This document shows, piece by piece, positions 1-9,359 of a DNA stretch of 64,000 nt (position 1 is the first letter of the stretch; every line of letters starts with the position of its first letter). The stretch is from Chitinophagaceae bacterium (GTDB lineage: Bacteria; Bacteroidota; Bacteroidia; Chitinophagales; Chitinophagaceae): positions 3,657-67,656 of the forward strand of contig JASGDY010000131.1 of NCBI GenBank assembly GCA_047606825.1. The letters run 5' to 3'. The notes beneath the pieces were generated by a model. It saw only the letters and a list, made by a program, of their open reading frames with translations, was not told where the DNA came from and made no database searches. Both the position numbers and the translations under genes were made by a program.

Positions 1-404
1 GCGCAAAAGAAAACATCGACATCTACCATTTTGACGGAGGCACGGCTGTGGAAAAGAGACGGGACATGGTGGCCGCTTTCCAAGATGCGGAAGACAGCAC
101 GACCGCCTTTCTTATCAGCCTGAAATCCGGCAATGCCGGTCTCAACCTGACCAATGCGCAATACGTCTATCTCGTCGATCCGTGGTGGAACCAAGCCGTC
201 GAACAGCAGGCCATCGACCGCACGCACCGCATCGGCCAGCGTTCCAGTGTATTTGCCTACCGCATGATCTGCAAAGGTTCCATCGAGGAAAAAATCATCG
301 CATTACAGGAAAAGAAAAAATTGTTGTCCGACGAACTGGTGTCCGCCGAGGAGGGGCTTGTGAAGCGTATGACGGAAGAGGATTTGAAGTATCTGTTCAG
401 TTAA
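1..404 (+). CDS. SNF2/SWI2 family DEAD/DEAH-box helicase, C-terminal part (5' end outside window)
   Basis: Frame open from base 3. HELICc motifs FLISLKSGNAGLNLT, DPWWNQAVEQQAIDRTHRIGQ and GSIEEKIIALQEKKK are typical of SNF2 C-termini. Confidence 0.92.
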   Translation, partial: AKENIDIYHFDGGTAVEKRRDMVAAFQDAEDSTTAFLISLKSGNAGLNLTNAQYVYLVDPWWNQAVEQQAIDRTHRIGQRSSVFAYRMICKGSIEEKIIALQEKKKLLSDELVSAEEGLVKRMTEEDLKYLFS

Positions 405-609
405 ATATTGTTCCACCTCAAGCCTACTGCCTAGAAGATATTTTTAGGGGAATGCGCCAAAGGATACATGTCTCATGTCTTTGCTGAAAACAGACATGAA
501 GCGGGAAAAGGAACACCTGGCGCGCTTCCTGCATACAGCCAAATACTAGACTACACACGCAAAAATCGTACGCTTTTTTATTTCCAGGTTGTTACCTTTG
601 CGGCCCTTC

Positions 610-1266
610 ATGGCATATACTTTAGAAATCAAGCGTTTTAGCTACTCCACGTTTTCCGTCGAGCTGTTTGTACCGAATGAGGCCACTCTCAAAAACACGT
701 TTGAGGATGCGCAGCAGCAAGATAAGGCTACGGAATGCCCTTACTGGGGCAAAATATGGCCATCAGCCAAAGGAATGGCACAATTCCTCCTAAATCATAG
801 CACCCTCCTGAAAGGCAAAAAAGTATTGGAACTGGCTGCGGGTCTGGGGCTTCCATCTTTTGTGGCCGCACAGTTCGCCAAATCGGTCTGTTGTACCGAC
901 TATATACCCGAAGCCGTCCAATTAGTACAAAAAAGTATCGACTATAACAACTGCAACAATATATCGGCATGTATAATGGATTGGCGTACTATCTCCTCTG
1001 ATATCCTACCGGACGTAGTGCTCCTTAGTGACATTAATTATGAACCGGTACTTTTCGATCAGCTGCTCCAGACTATACAGAGGCTACTGATGCAAAATGT
1101 CACCGTTATCCTATCCACTCCCGCACGCCTTCTGGCAAAACCCTTCATCAGCCGCCTTCAGGATAATATCGTCCAACACGCAACGTACCAACACTCTGCC
1201 GCCATATCCATCGAAGGCGATATCCACATTTTTGTATTGGGGCAAAACTTGCAACAGCACCCATAA
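610..1266 (+). CDS. Class I SAM-dependent methyltransferase (METTL21/Methyltransf_16-like)
   Basis: PYWGKIWPSA and VLELAAGLGLPS (motif I), LLSDINYE. ATG at 610 preferred over the upstream TTG at 589. Confidence 0.85.
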   Translation: MAYTLEIKRFSYSTFSVELFVPNEATLKNTFEDAQQQDKATECPYWGKIWPSAKGMAQFLLNHSTLLKGKKVLELAAGLGLPSFVAAQFAKSVCCTDYIPEAVQLVQKSIDYNNCNNISACIMDWRTISSDILPDVVLLSDINYEPVLFDQLLQTIQRLLMQNVTVILSTPARLLAKPFISRLQDNIVQHATYQHSAAISIEGDIHIFVLGQNLQQHP

Positions 1267-1295
1267 CCATATAGCGATAATATTTTTTCCACAAA

Positions 1296-1309
1296 TGAAA
1301 CCGATTACA
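1296..1309. promoter_or_regulatory. LacI-type operator TGAAACCGATTACA, directly followed by Bacteroidota -7 element TATATTTG (1310-1317)
   Basis: Matches TGNAACCGATTNCA also found at 14859, 20309 and 20502; pseudo-palindrome with central CG. Confidence 0.7.
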
Positions 1310-1430
1310 TATATTTGTTAGCATGAATGATTGCCTGGACTCCTGAGCTTAACCGATATGGATTCCCTTCCTGTTGCTTCCACACGGCTCCCGTTCCGGC
1401 GACTTTTTTCACGAACAAGCACAAGACGAT

Positions 1431-3365
1431 ATGCAATTGGTAAAAAGCGGATGGACATTCCTCGCTGCGGGCTTTATTTATACTGCTGCAACAGCACAAG
1501 TAAAACTTCCCCGGTTAGTACGCGACAGCATGGTGCTGCAAAGAGACAAACCTGTACATATATGGGGATGGGCTTCGAGAGGGGAAAAAATACAGGTAAG
1601 GTTCAATGGGAAAAAATACATCACCAGAACCAGCAACGACGGAAAATGGCAGCTCGACATGCAGCCTACGGCAGCCGGCGGCCCCTTCCAGATGGACATA
1701 TCGGGCAAAAACAAGATCCATTTACATGACATATTGGTCGGCGACGTATGGCTTTGCAGTGGGCAGTCCAATATGGAACACCAGCTTAAGCTGCACACCG
1801 TTTATTATCCCAAGGAAATAGCACAGGCCCACTATCCCGAAATACGCCAGTTCAAAGTGCCCAACGTCACCAACCTGGAAAGCCCCCAATCCGACCTTCC
1901 GGGCGGCAACTGGAAATGGGCCAATCCGGAAAATGTGCCGGATTTCTCGGCTGTCGCTTATTTTTTTGCGGAATCACTGTACAGACAATACCATATCCCC
2001 ATCGGCCTCATCAACGTAACATGGGGAGGCTCCCCTATTGAAGCATGGATGAGCGAGGAAAGCCTGGCAACCTTTCCCGGCGAAGAATCCATCATAGAAA
2101 AAAATAAGGATTCTGCTTATGTCAATAGCCGCAACAGGGCGGCAGCTGCCGATGTCACATCCGTAAGGATACCAGAGGACAAGGGAGCAGAAGAGCAATG
2201 GTATGCCACTACTTACCAGACAGCAGGAAAGGGCTGGCGCCCATTTGCCATCCCCGGCTACTGGGAAGACCAAGGCGTTGCCGACCTCAACGGTACCGTC
2301 TGGTTTAGAAAAGAAATAGAGGTACCCGCTGCCATAGCGCAATCCGCCGCCAAGGTATTCCTTGGCCGTATCGTAGACGCTGATGCCCTGTATATCAATG
2401 GAAAAGAAGTGGGGGCTACTACCTATCTGTATCCGCAACGCCGCTACGATGTACCCACCGGGTTACTGAAACCCGGCAAAAACACTTTTGCCATACGGGT
2501 TACCAACTACAGCGGAAAAGGAGGTTTTGTACCGGACAAGCCTTACCAGCTCATGGGGGCGGGCGACACGGTTTCCCTCACAGGATACTGGCAATACAAG
2601 GTGAGCAACGTCTTTACCCGTCACATACCGGGTGTCCCCCCGGCACTCACCTTGCAATACCAGCCAACAGCCTTGTTTAACGCCATGCTATCACCTGTCA
2701 TCGGTTACGGCATCAAAGGATTTATATGGTATCAGGGAGAATCCAATGCAGGAGATGCCAAAGGCTACGCCAGCATGCAACCGGCCATGATTACCGATTG
2801 GCGCCAACGCTGGCAAGCAGGAAATCTGCCATTCCTGTTTGTACAGCTCCCCGGTTTTATGGACTACCATTATCTTCCCACCGAAAGTGGATGGGCGGCT
2901 TTTCGTGAAGCACAGGCCAAATCTCTAGCATTGCCCAATACCGGTATGGCTGTGGCCATAGACTTAGGAGAATGGAACGACATTCATCCGGACCGGAAAA
3001 AGCCTATCGGGCAAAGACTTGCGCTCGTGGCACAAAAGGTTGCCTACGGGGAAAATGTGGTAGACGCCGGCCCCACTTACGAAAAGGCAGTTGCCCATAG
3101 CAATACCCTTATTATATCCTTTAGCCATACAGGGAAGGGCCTGACAACGAGTGACGGGGAAGCCCCATCGGAATTTGCCATCGCAGGAGCCGACAAAAAA
3201 TTCTACTGGGCACAAGCCACAATAGAAGGCAACCAGATTGTTCTGCATAGCGATATGGTTCCACAACCGGAATATGTCCGTTATGCATGGGCCGACGACC
3301 CCGTTAACCCCAACCTTATTAACAAGGAAGGGCTTCCCGCCCCTCCATTCCGGTCAGACAAATAA
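1431..3365 (+). CDS. Sialate O-acetylesterase (SASA)-family carbohydrate esterase with inserted galactose-binding-like domain; probable acetylxylan esterase
   Basis: GDVWLCSGQSNM, WYQGESN and DIHP SGNH-type motifs; signal peptide after ATG 1431; lies in a xylan locus. Confidence 0.88.
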   Translation: MQLVKSGWTFLAAGFIYTAATAQVKLPRLVRDSMVLQRDKPVHIWGWASRGEKIQVRFNGKKYITRTSNDGKWQLDMQPTAAGGPFQMDISGKNKIHLHDILVGDVWLCSGQSNMEHQLKLHTVYYPKEIAQAHYPEIRQFKVPNVTNLESPQSDLPGGNWKWANPENVPDFSAVAYFFAESLYRQYHIPIGLINVTWGGSPIEAWMSEESLATFPGEESIIEKNKDSAYVNSRNRAAAADVTSVRIPEDKGAEEQWYATTYQTAGKGWRPFAIPGYWEDQGVADLNGTVWFRKEIEVPAAIAQSAAKVFLGRIVDADALYINGKEVGATTYLYPQRRYDVPTGLLKPGKNTFAIRVTNYSGKGGFVPDKPYQLMGAGDTVSLTGYWQYKVSNVFTRHIPGVPPALTLQYQPTALFNAMLSPVIGYGIKGFIWYQGESNAGDAKGYASMQPAMITDWRQRWQAGNLPFLFVQLPGFMDYHYLPTESGWAAFREAQAKSLALPNTGMAVAIDLGEWNDIHPDRKKPIGQRLALVAQKVAYGENVVDAGPTYEKAVAHSNTLIISFSHTGKGLTTSDGEAPSEFAIAGADKKFYWAQATIEGNQIVLHSDMVPQPEYVRYAWADDPVNPNLINKEGLPAPPFRSDK

Positions 3366-3529
3366 AAAAAGTAAAGAAAAAACACCAAACACTTTTAATG
3401 ATATGTCTATCCTAAATGGCTGACGTATAAATTTAAAGGTCCCTGTTCCTTTTTTCTCATAATGTAAAAAACAAAACAACATTGCTTAGCTAAGCTTTTT
3501 GGACGACCCATTCTTCATTCCTGCCAAAA

Positions 3530-6256
3530 TTATAATACCGATATTACGGTTTTGCCAGAGATTCCGTTTACCCCATGTGCACTCAATACTATCGTACCTC
3601 TGCGCCCCTGTTCCGGCTGGATAATGACGAGCGCGTACCCACCAAGCGTTTTGCGTTCCGGAAGAGAAAACCCTTGCAGGTCGGAAGGGTCGCCGTTGTC
3701 AGTTGCGATGATTTTCCCTGGGCCGCTGATATCAAAGCGCAGCATCTCGTCCGCATTTGGCACGGTAATCCCGTCTTTGTCTTTCAGCTGTACCGTGACA
3801 AACACACGTTCATCAGCACTCGGCACCGCACGTTTTTTGTCAGCCTGCAATGTAATGGACACCGCATTGCCAGCAGTGTGCACTTTTTCCTCCGCCCAAT
3901 GCTTTCCTTTCTTGTATGCCACGACCTGCAATACACCAGGCTCATACACTACACTGTCCCATCTAAAGCGATATTCGTATTGACCTCTCTTTTTCCGGCC
4001 CAAGGATTTTCCGTTTAAAAACAATTCGGCTTCATCACCTGAACTATACACATGTACCGGAGTTATTTTCCCGACCCTTTCGGGCCAGGTCCAATGCGGC
4101 AGAATATGCGCCATTGGCAAATCTGGCCGCCAACGGCTCTGGTACAGGTAAAACCTATCTTTCGGAAAACCTGCCAGGTCTATGATGCCCGAATAGGAAC
4201 TCCGGGACGAATAGTAAGGAGTTGGTTCACCCAAATAGTCAAATCCTGTCCACACAAACTCTCCAGCAATATATGGATGACGATCCTGGGCGGCAAATAC
4301 CTTGTCGGGAGATGCCCCAAATGCCGCAGTGTATAAATCATAAGAACTTACAAACCTATGTAACGAATCTCCACCCATATCATCACTTATAGGAGCACTA
4401 GTCCCCTCAAATACCGGAAACATATAGGTACCCCTTGAACTCAGGGTAGACGCGGATTCGCTACTCTGGATCATTTTGGACGGAAAAGCTTTTTGGAATG
4501 CACCATACAACGGCGGAGTATGGATACCTTTCAAGGCTGCATAAGCCGACGCATCCCGGATACCTTCCCCCTGATAGTTGACACTCAACACATCCATCTC
4601 TTTTGGGAAAGGCATATAAGGTTTGGCATAGTTCATGGAAGCTGTGGCAGGACGCGTCGTGTCCTCCTCATGGACTATTGTCCGCAACTCATGGGCGATA
4701 CGCGCTCCTGCCGTATCCGTATATTGTTCACCTACTTCATTACCAAAACTCCACTCAATAATAGAAGGATGGTTTCGGTCACGTCGTATCATCGCACGCA
4801 GATCTGCCTCATGCCATTCAGGGAATATCAGGTGAAAATCCAGCGGGGTTTTCCCCTTTTCCCAACAGTCAAATACTTCATCGATAACCAGAAATCCCAT
4901 TTCATCCGTAAGTTTCAGCAAGCCGGGATCGGGAGGATTATGGGACATACGAATGGCATTGCATCCCATTTGCTTCAACAATTCCAGCTGTCTTCTGGCC
5001 GCACCGTAGTTAAAGGCCATGCCGAGTGCCCCCAAGTCACTATGCTGGTTGACTCCCTGTATGCGTACGGGCAGATCATTGACCAACAGGCCTTTTAAGG
5101 AATCGAAACGTAACTTCCTGATACCAAAATATGTAGTGTAACTGTCCAATACTTTACCATCCTGCACAATATAGGTAAGTGCCGCATACCGGTTTGTCAC
5201 GGCATGAGGCAATGGTTGCCATAATGCCGGATGGGGAATATCAGTTGCCAATTGCAGGATTTCTGACGTATGGCCGACTAACCTTATTTTGGTTACCGGC
5301 AGCACCTTTACTTTTTTCCATTGCTCCTTTTCTCCGTTGCCCACATAATAAATGGAAGTCTGCACACTTACTGCCTGCGACCGGGCACCATTGTTTTCCA
5401 GCGCTACGGACATCTTCCATCCAGCGGAAGCGGCAGTTACATTTTGAGTGGTAACAAAAGTACCCCATTGGGAAATGTGTACGGCATTGGTTTTGACCAG
5501 CCGCACATTGCGGTAAAGACCACCGCCCGGATACCAGCGTGCGGAATTGGATGGATTGTCCAGACGAATAGCAAGCTGGTTTTCCTTACCGTATTGAATA
5601 TACGGTGTCAGATCCAGCCGGAAGGAATTGTAGCCATAGGGCCAACCGCCAACCAAATAGCCATTGAGCCATACCATGGCATAAGACATGGCACCATCGA
5701 TATCCAGATAAATAGACTTTCCATGATCGGAAGAGGGTATCGCTATTTTCTTACGATACCAGGCTATCCCCTGCAAAGGCAACCGTCCCATACCACCGCC
5801 CACAGGCACGTCTTCTCCTTTATAAAAAGGCTTGCCAATAGCCCAGTCATGCGGCAGCGACACCTTTTCCCACCCCGAATCGTCAAAACTGGCTTGGGTA
5901 AACGGGAAGTCGATACCGGGATTGGCTGCGGGGCGTAGATGCCGCTGCTGCGGATCACGAAGGAAAGGGTTGCCAGTAGGCAAAATCCACGGTTTTAGCA
6001 CAAATTGTTTTTGGGTAGCTTTTTCGGAAATGTCGGCCCTAGTATCTGCCACCTTACTGTCGTTGCGGTCCCTTACTTCCGGACGGACATCATATATCAG
6101 GCTATCCCCTCCCTGGTCATAACGCATAAAGTACCAGCCTGTTCGAAGATCTTCCGAATCACGTACCGCCACCATCTGCCCGGCTACAAACCGAACGGAA
6201 GCCAGAGATGCCATTACTATAAGAAGTGCTCTGTTCATTCGCATGCTGTCAATCAT
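3530..6256 (-). CDS. Glycoside hydrolase family 2 (beta-galactosidase-like), secreted
   Basis: GCNAIRMSHNPP, RDRNHPSIIEWSFGNE (acid/base), GEFVWTGFDYLGEP, GIIDLAGFPKDRFYLYQS; signal peptide. Confidence 0.92.
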   Translation of the reverse strand: MIDSMRMNRALLIVMASLASVRFVAGQMVAVRDSEDLRTGWYFMRYDQGGDSLIYDVRPEVRDRNDSKVADTRADISEKATQKQFVLKPWILPTGNPFLRDPQQRHLRPAANPGIDFPFTQASFDDSGWEKVSLPHDWAIGKPFYKGEDVPVGGGMGRLPLQGIAWYRKKIAIPSSDHGKSIYLDIDGAMSYAMVWLNGYLVGGWPYGYNSFRLDLTPYIQYGKENQLAIRLDNPSNSARWYPGGGLYRNVRLVKTNAVHISQWGTFVTTQNVTAASAGWKMSVALENNGARSQAVSVQTSIYYVGNGEKEQWKKVKVLPVTKIRLVGHTSEILQLATDIPHPALWQPLPHAVTNRYAALTYIVQDGKVLDSYTTYFGIRKLRFDSLKGLLVNDLPVRIQGVNQHSDLGALGMAFNYGAARRQLELLKQMGCNAIRMSHNPPDPGLLKLTDEMGFLVIDEVFDCWEKGKTPLDFHLIFPEWHEADLRAMIRRDRNHPSIIEWSFGNEVGEQYTDTAGARIAHELRTIVHEEDTTRPATASMNYAKPYMPFPKEMDVLSVNYQGEGIRDASAYAALKGIHTPPLYGAFQKAFPSKMIQSSESASTLSSRGTYMFPVFEGTSAPISDDMGGDSLHRFVSSYDLYTAAFGASPDKVFAAQDRHPYIAGEFVWTGFDYLGEPTPYYSSRSSYSGIIDLAGFPKDRFYLYQSRWRPDLPMAHILPHWTWPERVGKITPVHVYSSGDEAELFLNGKSLGRKKRGQYEYRFRWDSVVYEPGVLQVVAYKKGKHWAEEKVHTAGNAVSITLQADKKRAVPSADERVFVTVQLKDKDGITVPNADEMLRFDISGPGKIIATDNGDPSDLQGFSLPERKTLGGYALVIIQPEQGRRGTIVLSAHGVNGISGKTVISVL

Positions 6257-6372
6257 TTAACTCCCGTAAAGATAAACCCAGATTAGATTAGATTAGAGAA
6301 ATTCAACGACTTGAAACGTATCATTTTTCTATTGCGTAACCTGGGTTAAATCAAGAACTTGTTTGATCCTGC

Positions 6373-8058
6373 TTATTTCAGCTGCAATCCTTCTAAAAAT
6401 TTATAATAAGCCGGTTTTTTATTAAACGAGCTGTCCCAAAGCAATGGATAATCTGGTTTTAATTTTGTATTTATCCAACTGGATTTATCATCAATTCCCC
6501 AGACAGAAATGCCATACCGCTGTGCGGTGGGCACATTGGTCAAATACGACTCTGCTAAATATTTATACTTAGCCGCCTGCTGCGTGTACAAAATAGGTGT
6601 GGGTATAAATGTAACGTTGGACGAAGGCGTAGTGGTATTAACCGGGTTAATGGCAATATCCAGCTCAGACACGCGTATCAGCAAACCCAGTTGTGCCAGT
6701 TTGGTGAACACATTATCCATACTGGTAGTGGGAAGGCTGTAATCCATGTGGAACTGTACGCCCACGCCATCAATGGGTGTGCCCATATCCTTTAACCGGC
6801 TTACTAAAACTATAAACGAGTCTAATTTAATTGCATTTGATTCCAGGTTATAGTCGTTTAAGAAAAGTTTTGCATCAGGATTGGCTTCATGAGCGGCCAC
6901 AAAGGCCTTATAACACATGCTGTCAAGACCCAGATATTTTGCACGGTAAAATTTTCCGCCGCTTACATCATAATCATCTGTGCGGGCTACCCCATCCTCA
7001 TCAATGGGCTCGTTTACGACATCCCAGGCATTTACGGAGCTTTTATACCTGCCTACCACTGTTTTTATATAGTTGACCATATTTGTGTCAATCCGATATT
7101 TAATTTCTTCATCAGTGGGCGCTATTTTCGTTATAACCGTACTTCCGGATCCGGTTTGCTCCAGCCTCAGGCTATCGATATAGTAAGTATTGGCATCGGC
7201 GCCTAAATCAAAAACCAGCGTATGGGTGCTGCCGGTAGCGGTAAACGACCATGAATATTGCTGATAACTGGAGCCTATTACCTGGTGGGATAAGTATTGG
7301 GTACCTGTACCGCCGGTAATTTCAAATCTAAAACCATTTGAACCTACCTCACTCGCTTTTGCCCAAACTTTGATTGTATAATTTACACCAGAGGTAACAG
7401 TTAAAGCAGTGCTCGCCAGTTGTACCTTCCATGAATTGCTTTGACCGTTTGAAACAGTATTGACCACCTTTAAGCATCCGTCACCATGATAACTTTCTGC
7501 TGAAGATCCCATGGATATTGTTGCATTCTGGGTATTGTAAACCGACCAGTTTGCAAATGGTGCTGTTCCCGAACCGGCTGTTTCAAAATCGTTATTGGGA
7601 ACAGTTATCGTAGTAGCCGAAACAACTGATGTGTCATAAGACTGCGGCTTAGTAATTAAACTATCAACCAGGTAGGTTGTTTGCTGCTGGCTGTGCCAAA
7701 CCAGCGTGTGCCCAAAAATGCTTAAGCCTGCGCTGATTGCGGCATCTACAAAAGCATCGGCGGTAGTAAAATTGAACACACCTGTGGAACTAAGCAGGGA
7801 CGCATGTTTCATACTGTTGCCGGGGGTAACATTATTAAACTGGGTTTTAACTATATATGCATACATGCCATTACTTAAAAGTGAGTCCTCAGATACGCCG
7901 GCGCCAATGTAAAACAACACAGCATCTTTCAGCTTAAGAGTGGTGTCTGCGGTTAAGGTGCTTTGGGTTCCGTAATCCGCTTTTTTACATTTACTAAAAA
8001 TAGCCGCAAGCAGGATGCCTGTAATAACCAACAGTGCGGGTTTTATATAATTTTTCAT
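6373..8058 (-). CDS. GH10 endo-1,4-beta-xylanase lipoprotein with a CBM4/9-like module inserted in the catalytic barrel (Xyn10C-type)
   Basis: Lipobox AAIFSKC. GH10 motifs TPGNSMKH, GHTLVWHSQ, WDVVNE and VSELDI. About 190 aa beta-rich insert (PNNDFE...YIDSLRLEQ) between HTLVWHSQ and WDVVNE. Confidence 0.9.
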   Translation of the reverse strand: MKNYIKPALLVITGILLAAIFSKCKKADYGTQSTLTADTTLKLKDAVLFYIGAGVSEDSLLSNGMYAYIVKTQFNNVTPGNSMKHASLLSSTGVFNFTTADAFVDAAISAGLSIFGHTLVWHSQQQTTYLVDSLITKPQSYDTSVVSATTITVPNNDFETAGSGTAPFANWSVYNTQNATISMGSSAESYHGDGCLKVVNTVSNGQSNSWKVQLASTALTVTSGVNYTIKVWAKASEVGSNGFRFEITGGTGTQYLSHQVIGSSYQQYSWSFTATGSTHTLVFDLGADANTYYIDSLRLEQTGSGSTVITKIAPTDEEIKYRIDTNMVNYIKTVVGRYKSSVNAWDVVNEPIDEDGVARTDDYDVSGGKFYRAKYLGLDSMCYKAFVAAHEANPDAKLFLNDYNLESNAIKLDSFIVLVSRLKDMGTPIDGVGVQFHMDYSLPTTSMDNVFTKLAQLGLLIRVSELDIAINPVNTTTPSSNVTFIPTPILYTQQAAKYKYLAESYLTNVPTAQRYGISVWGIDDKSSWINTKLKPDYPLLWDSSFNKKPAYYKFLEGLQLK

Positions 8059-8098
8059 CTGTTTATTTTTTTATTTTTCAAATTGCCAGATGGAATTC

Positions 8099-8153
8099 AG
8101 CATAAAAATTTTCATCACTGTGGGTATAAAATCTGTTCGAAAATTTTTATGCT
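8099..8153. other. Intergenic perfect 15-bp inverted repeat (AGCATAAAAATTTTC / GAAAATTTTTATGCT) with 25-nt loop
   Basis: Arms at 8099-8113 and 8139-8153, read directly. Confidence 0.75.
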
Positions 8154-8203
8154 TGATTTCATATACCGGAATTTATAATTAATTCAGAATCGTTTTTAAG
8201 GGA

Positions 8204-9355
8204 TTAAGGTTCCTGGACAAACTTGATATTGTCGAGATTTAATTCGGAAACCGTTCCCGATGTGCCTACCTGCGCAAAATCCACTTTAGTGATTGTTGTC
8301 GGATCGATCATGGTTGTTCCCTCAACCGGCGTGGCAGAACTATAGCCATATCCAATAGTAGATAACTGTATCGTTGTGGTTTGCCAGCCGGTCCAGTTCA
8401 CACTCATATATTTGGTATAAACAGTGCTTACAGCCGTGCCATCTGCAGAATTGGCCGTTATAGTTACTCTTATCTTTGTGGTAGATGAATAGTCGCCCGG
8501 GTTGGCATCAAAGCTAAAATATATTTTATCTGCAGAAGCGGTCAGCTCCAGGGGCGTGGTATAAGTGCTCGCTCTCGGATTAAAGCCAACCCAGCCGCTG
8601 GATTCGGGGTTTACAACTGATAATTTGACAAACAGGCCTGAAACCGGATCCGGTGTCGCATTGGTATAAGAGGCGGTAATGGAACCGATGTAGGAGCTGC
8701 CCCGCGAATAAGCATCCCAGGTTGGACAAACGCCATTGCCGTCGAAATCTGTAAGCAGTATTTCCCCAAAACTAATCTGCGCCGTTCCGCCGGCCGTTAC
8801 AATAACCAACTGGCCGGAGCTGACACCATCAGGGACCGTGAACCGTATCTGAGATTCACTGTCAATGGTGTAATCTGTTACTTCGACTCCGTCCAGTGTA
8901 ATGGAGCTGATGTTTGCAAAATTGGTACCGGTTACTGTAATCTCATCGCCGCTTACACCGCTTATTGGTGAAATGGACTTGATATAAGGTATGGGCTGAA
9001 TTACTTTAAACTGAACCGTAACGGTGCTGCTGTCGCTGTTTTTTAAAACCACATCGTTCCACCCAAATTTGGCGCCGCTAGGTACATTGCAAAACAATAC
9101 AGAATCTGTGTTGTACGTAGAATTGAGATAGGTAGCTTTTATACCTCCAAAATCAATGGCTACAATATTGCCAAGGTTTTGACCGGTGAAATAGAAAAAC
9201 TGCCCCCTGATGCCGGAATCCGGTACGGCCTTTACATTGGTGGGTACCACTATTTCATTTTTGGTACAGCCTGTATGGGTAAAAACCGATCCTGATACAG
9301 CAATCAGTATTATAATATATAGTGAATACTTTTTCATCTTACTCTTTTTAGTCAT
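8204..9355 (-). CDS. IPT/TIG-domain surface glycan-binding lipoprotein (SGBP-B/XusE-like)
   Basis: Lipobox THTGC; two IPT/TIG-like repeats (PYIKSISPISGVSGDEITVTGTNF); C-terminal beta-sandwich ending LDNIKF; immediately downstream of susD. Confidence 0.8.
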   Translation of the reverse strand: MTKKSKMKKYSLYIIILIAVSGSVFTHTGCTKNEIVVPTNVKAVPDSGIRGQFFYFTGQNLGNIVAIDFGGIKATYLNSTYNTDSVLFCNVPSGAKFGWNDVVLKNSDSSTVTVQFKVIQPIPYIKSISPISGVSGDEITVTGTNFANISSITLDGVEVTDYTIDSESQIRFTVPDGVSSGQLVIVTAGGTAQISFGEILLTDFDGNGVCPTWDAYSRGSSYIGSITASYTNATPDPVSGLFVKLSVVNPESSGWVGFNPRASTYTTPLELTASADKIYFSFDANPGDYSSTTKIRVTITANSADGTAVSTVYTKYMSVNWTGWQTTTIQLSTIGYGYSSATPVEGTTMIDPTTITKVDFAQVGTSGTVSELNLDNIKFVQEP

Positions 9356-9359
9356 TTAA

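Noticed and set aside
6281-6297. GATTA x3 microsatellite upstream of GH2
   Set aside because: Too short and intergenic; no support for phase variation.
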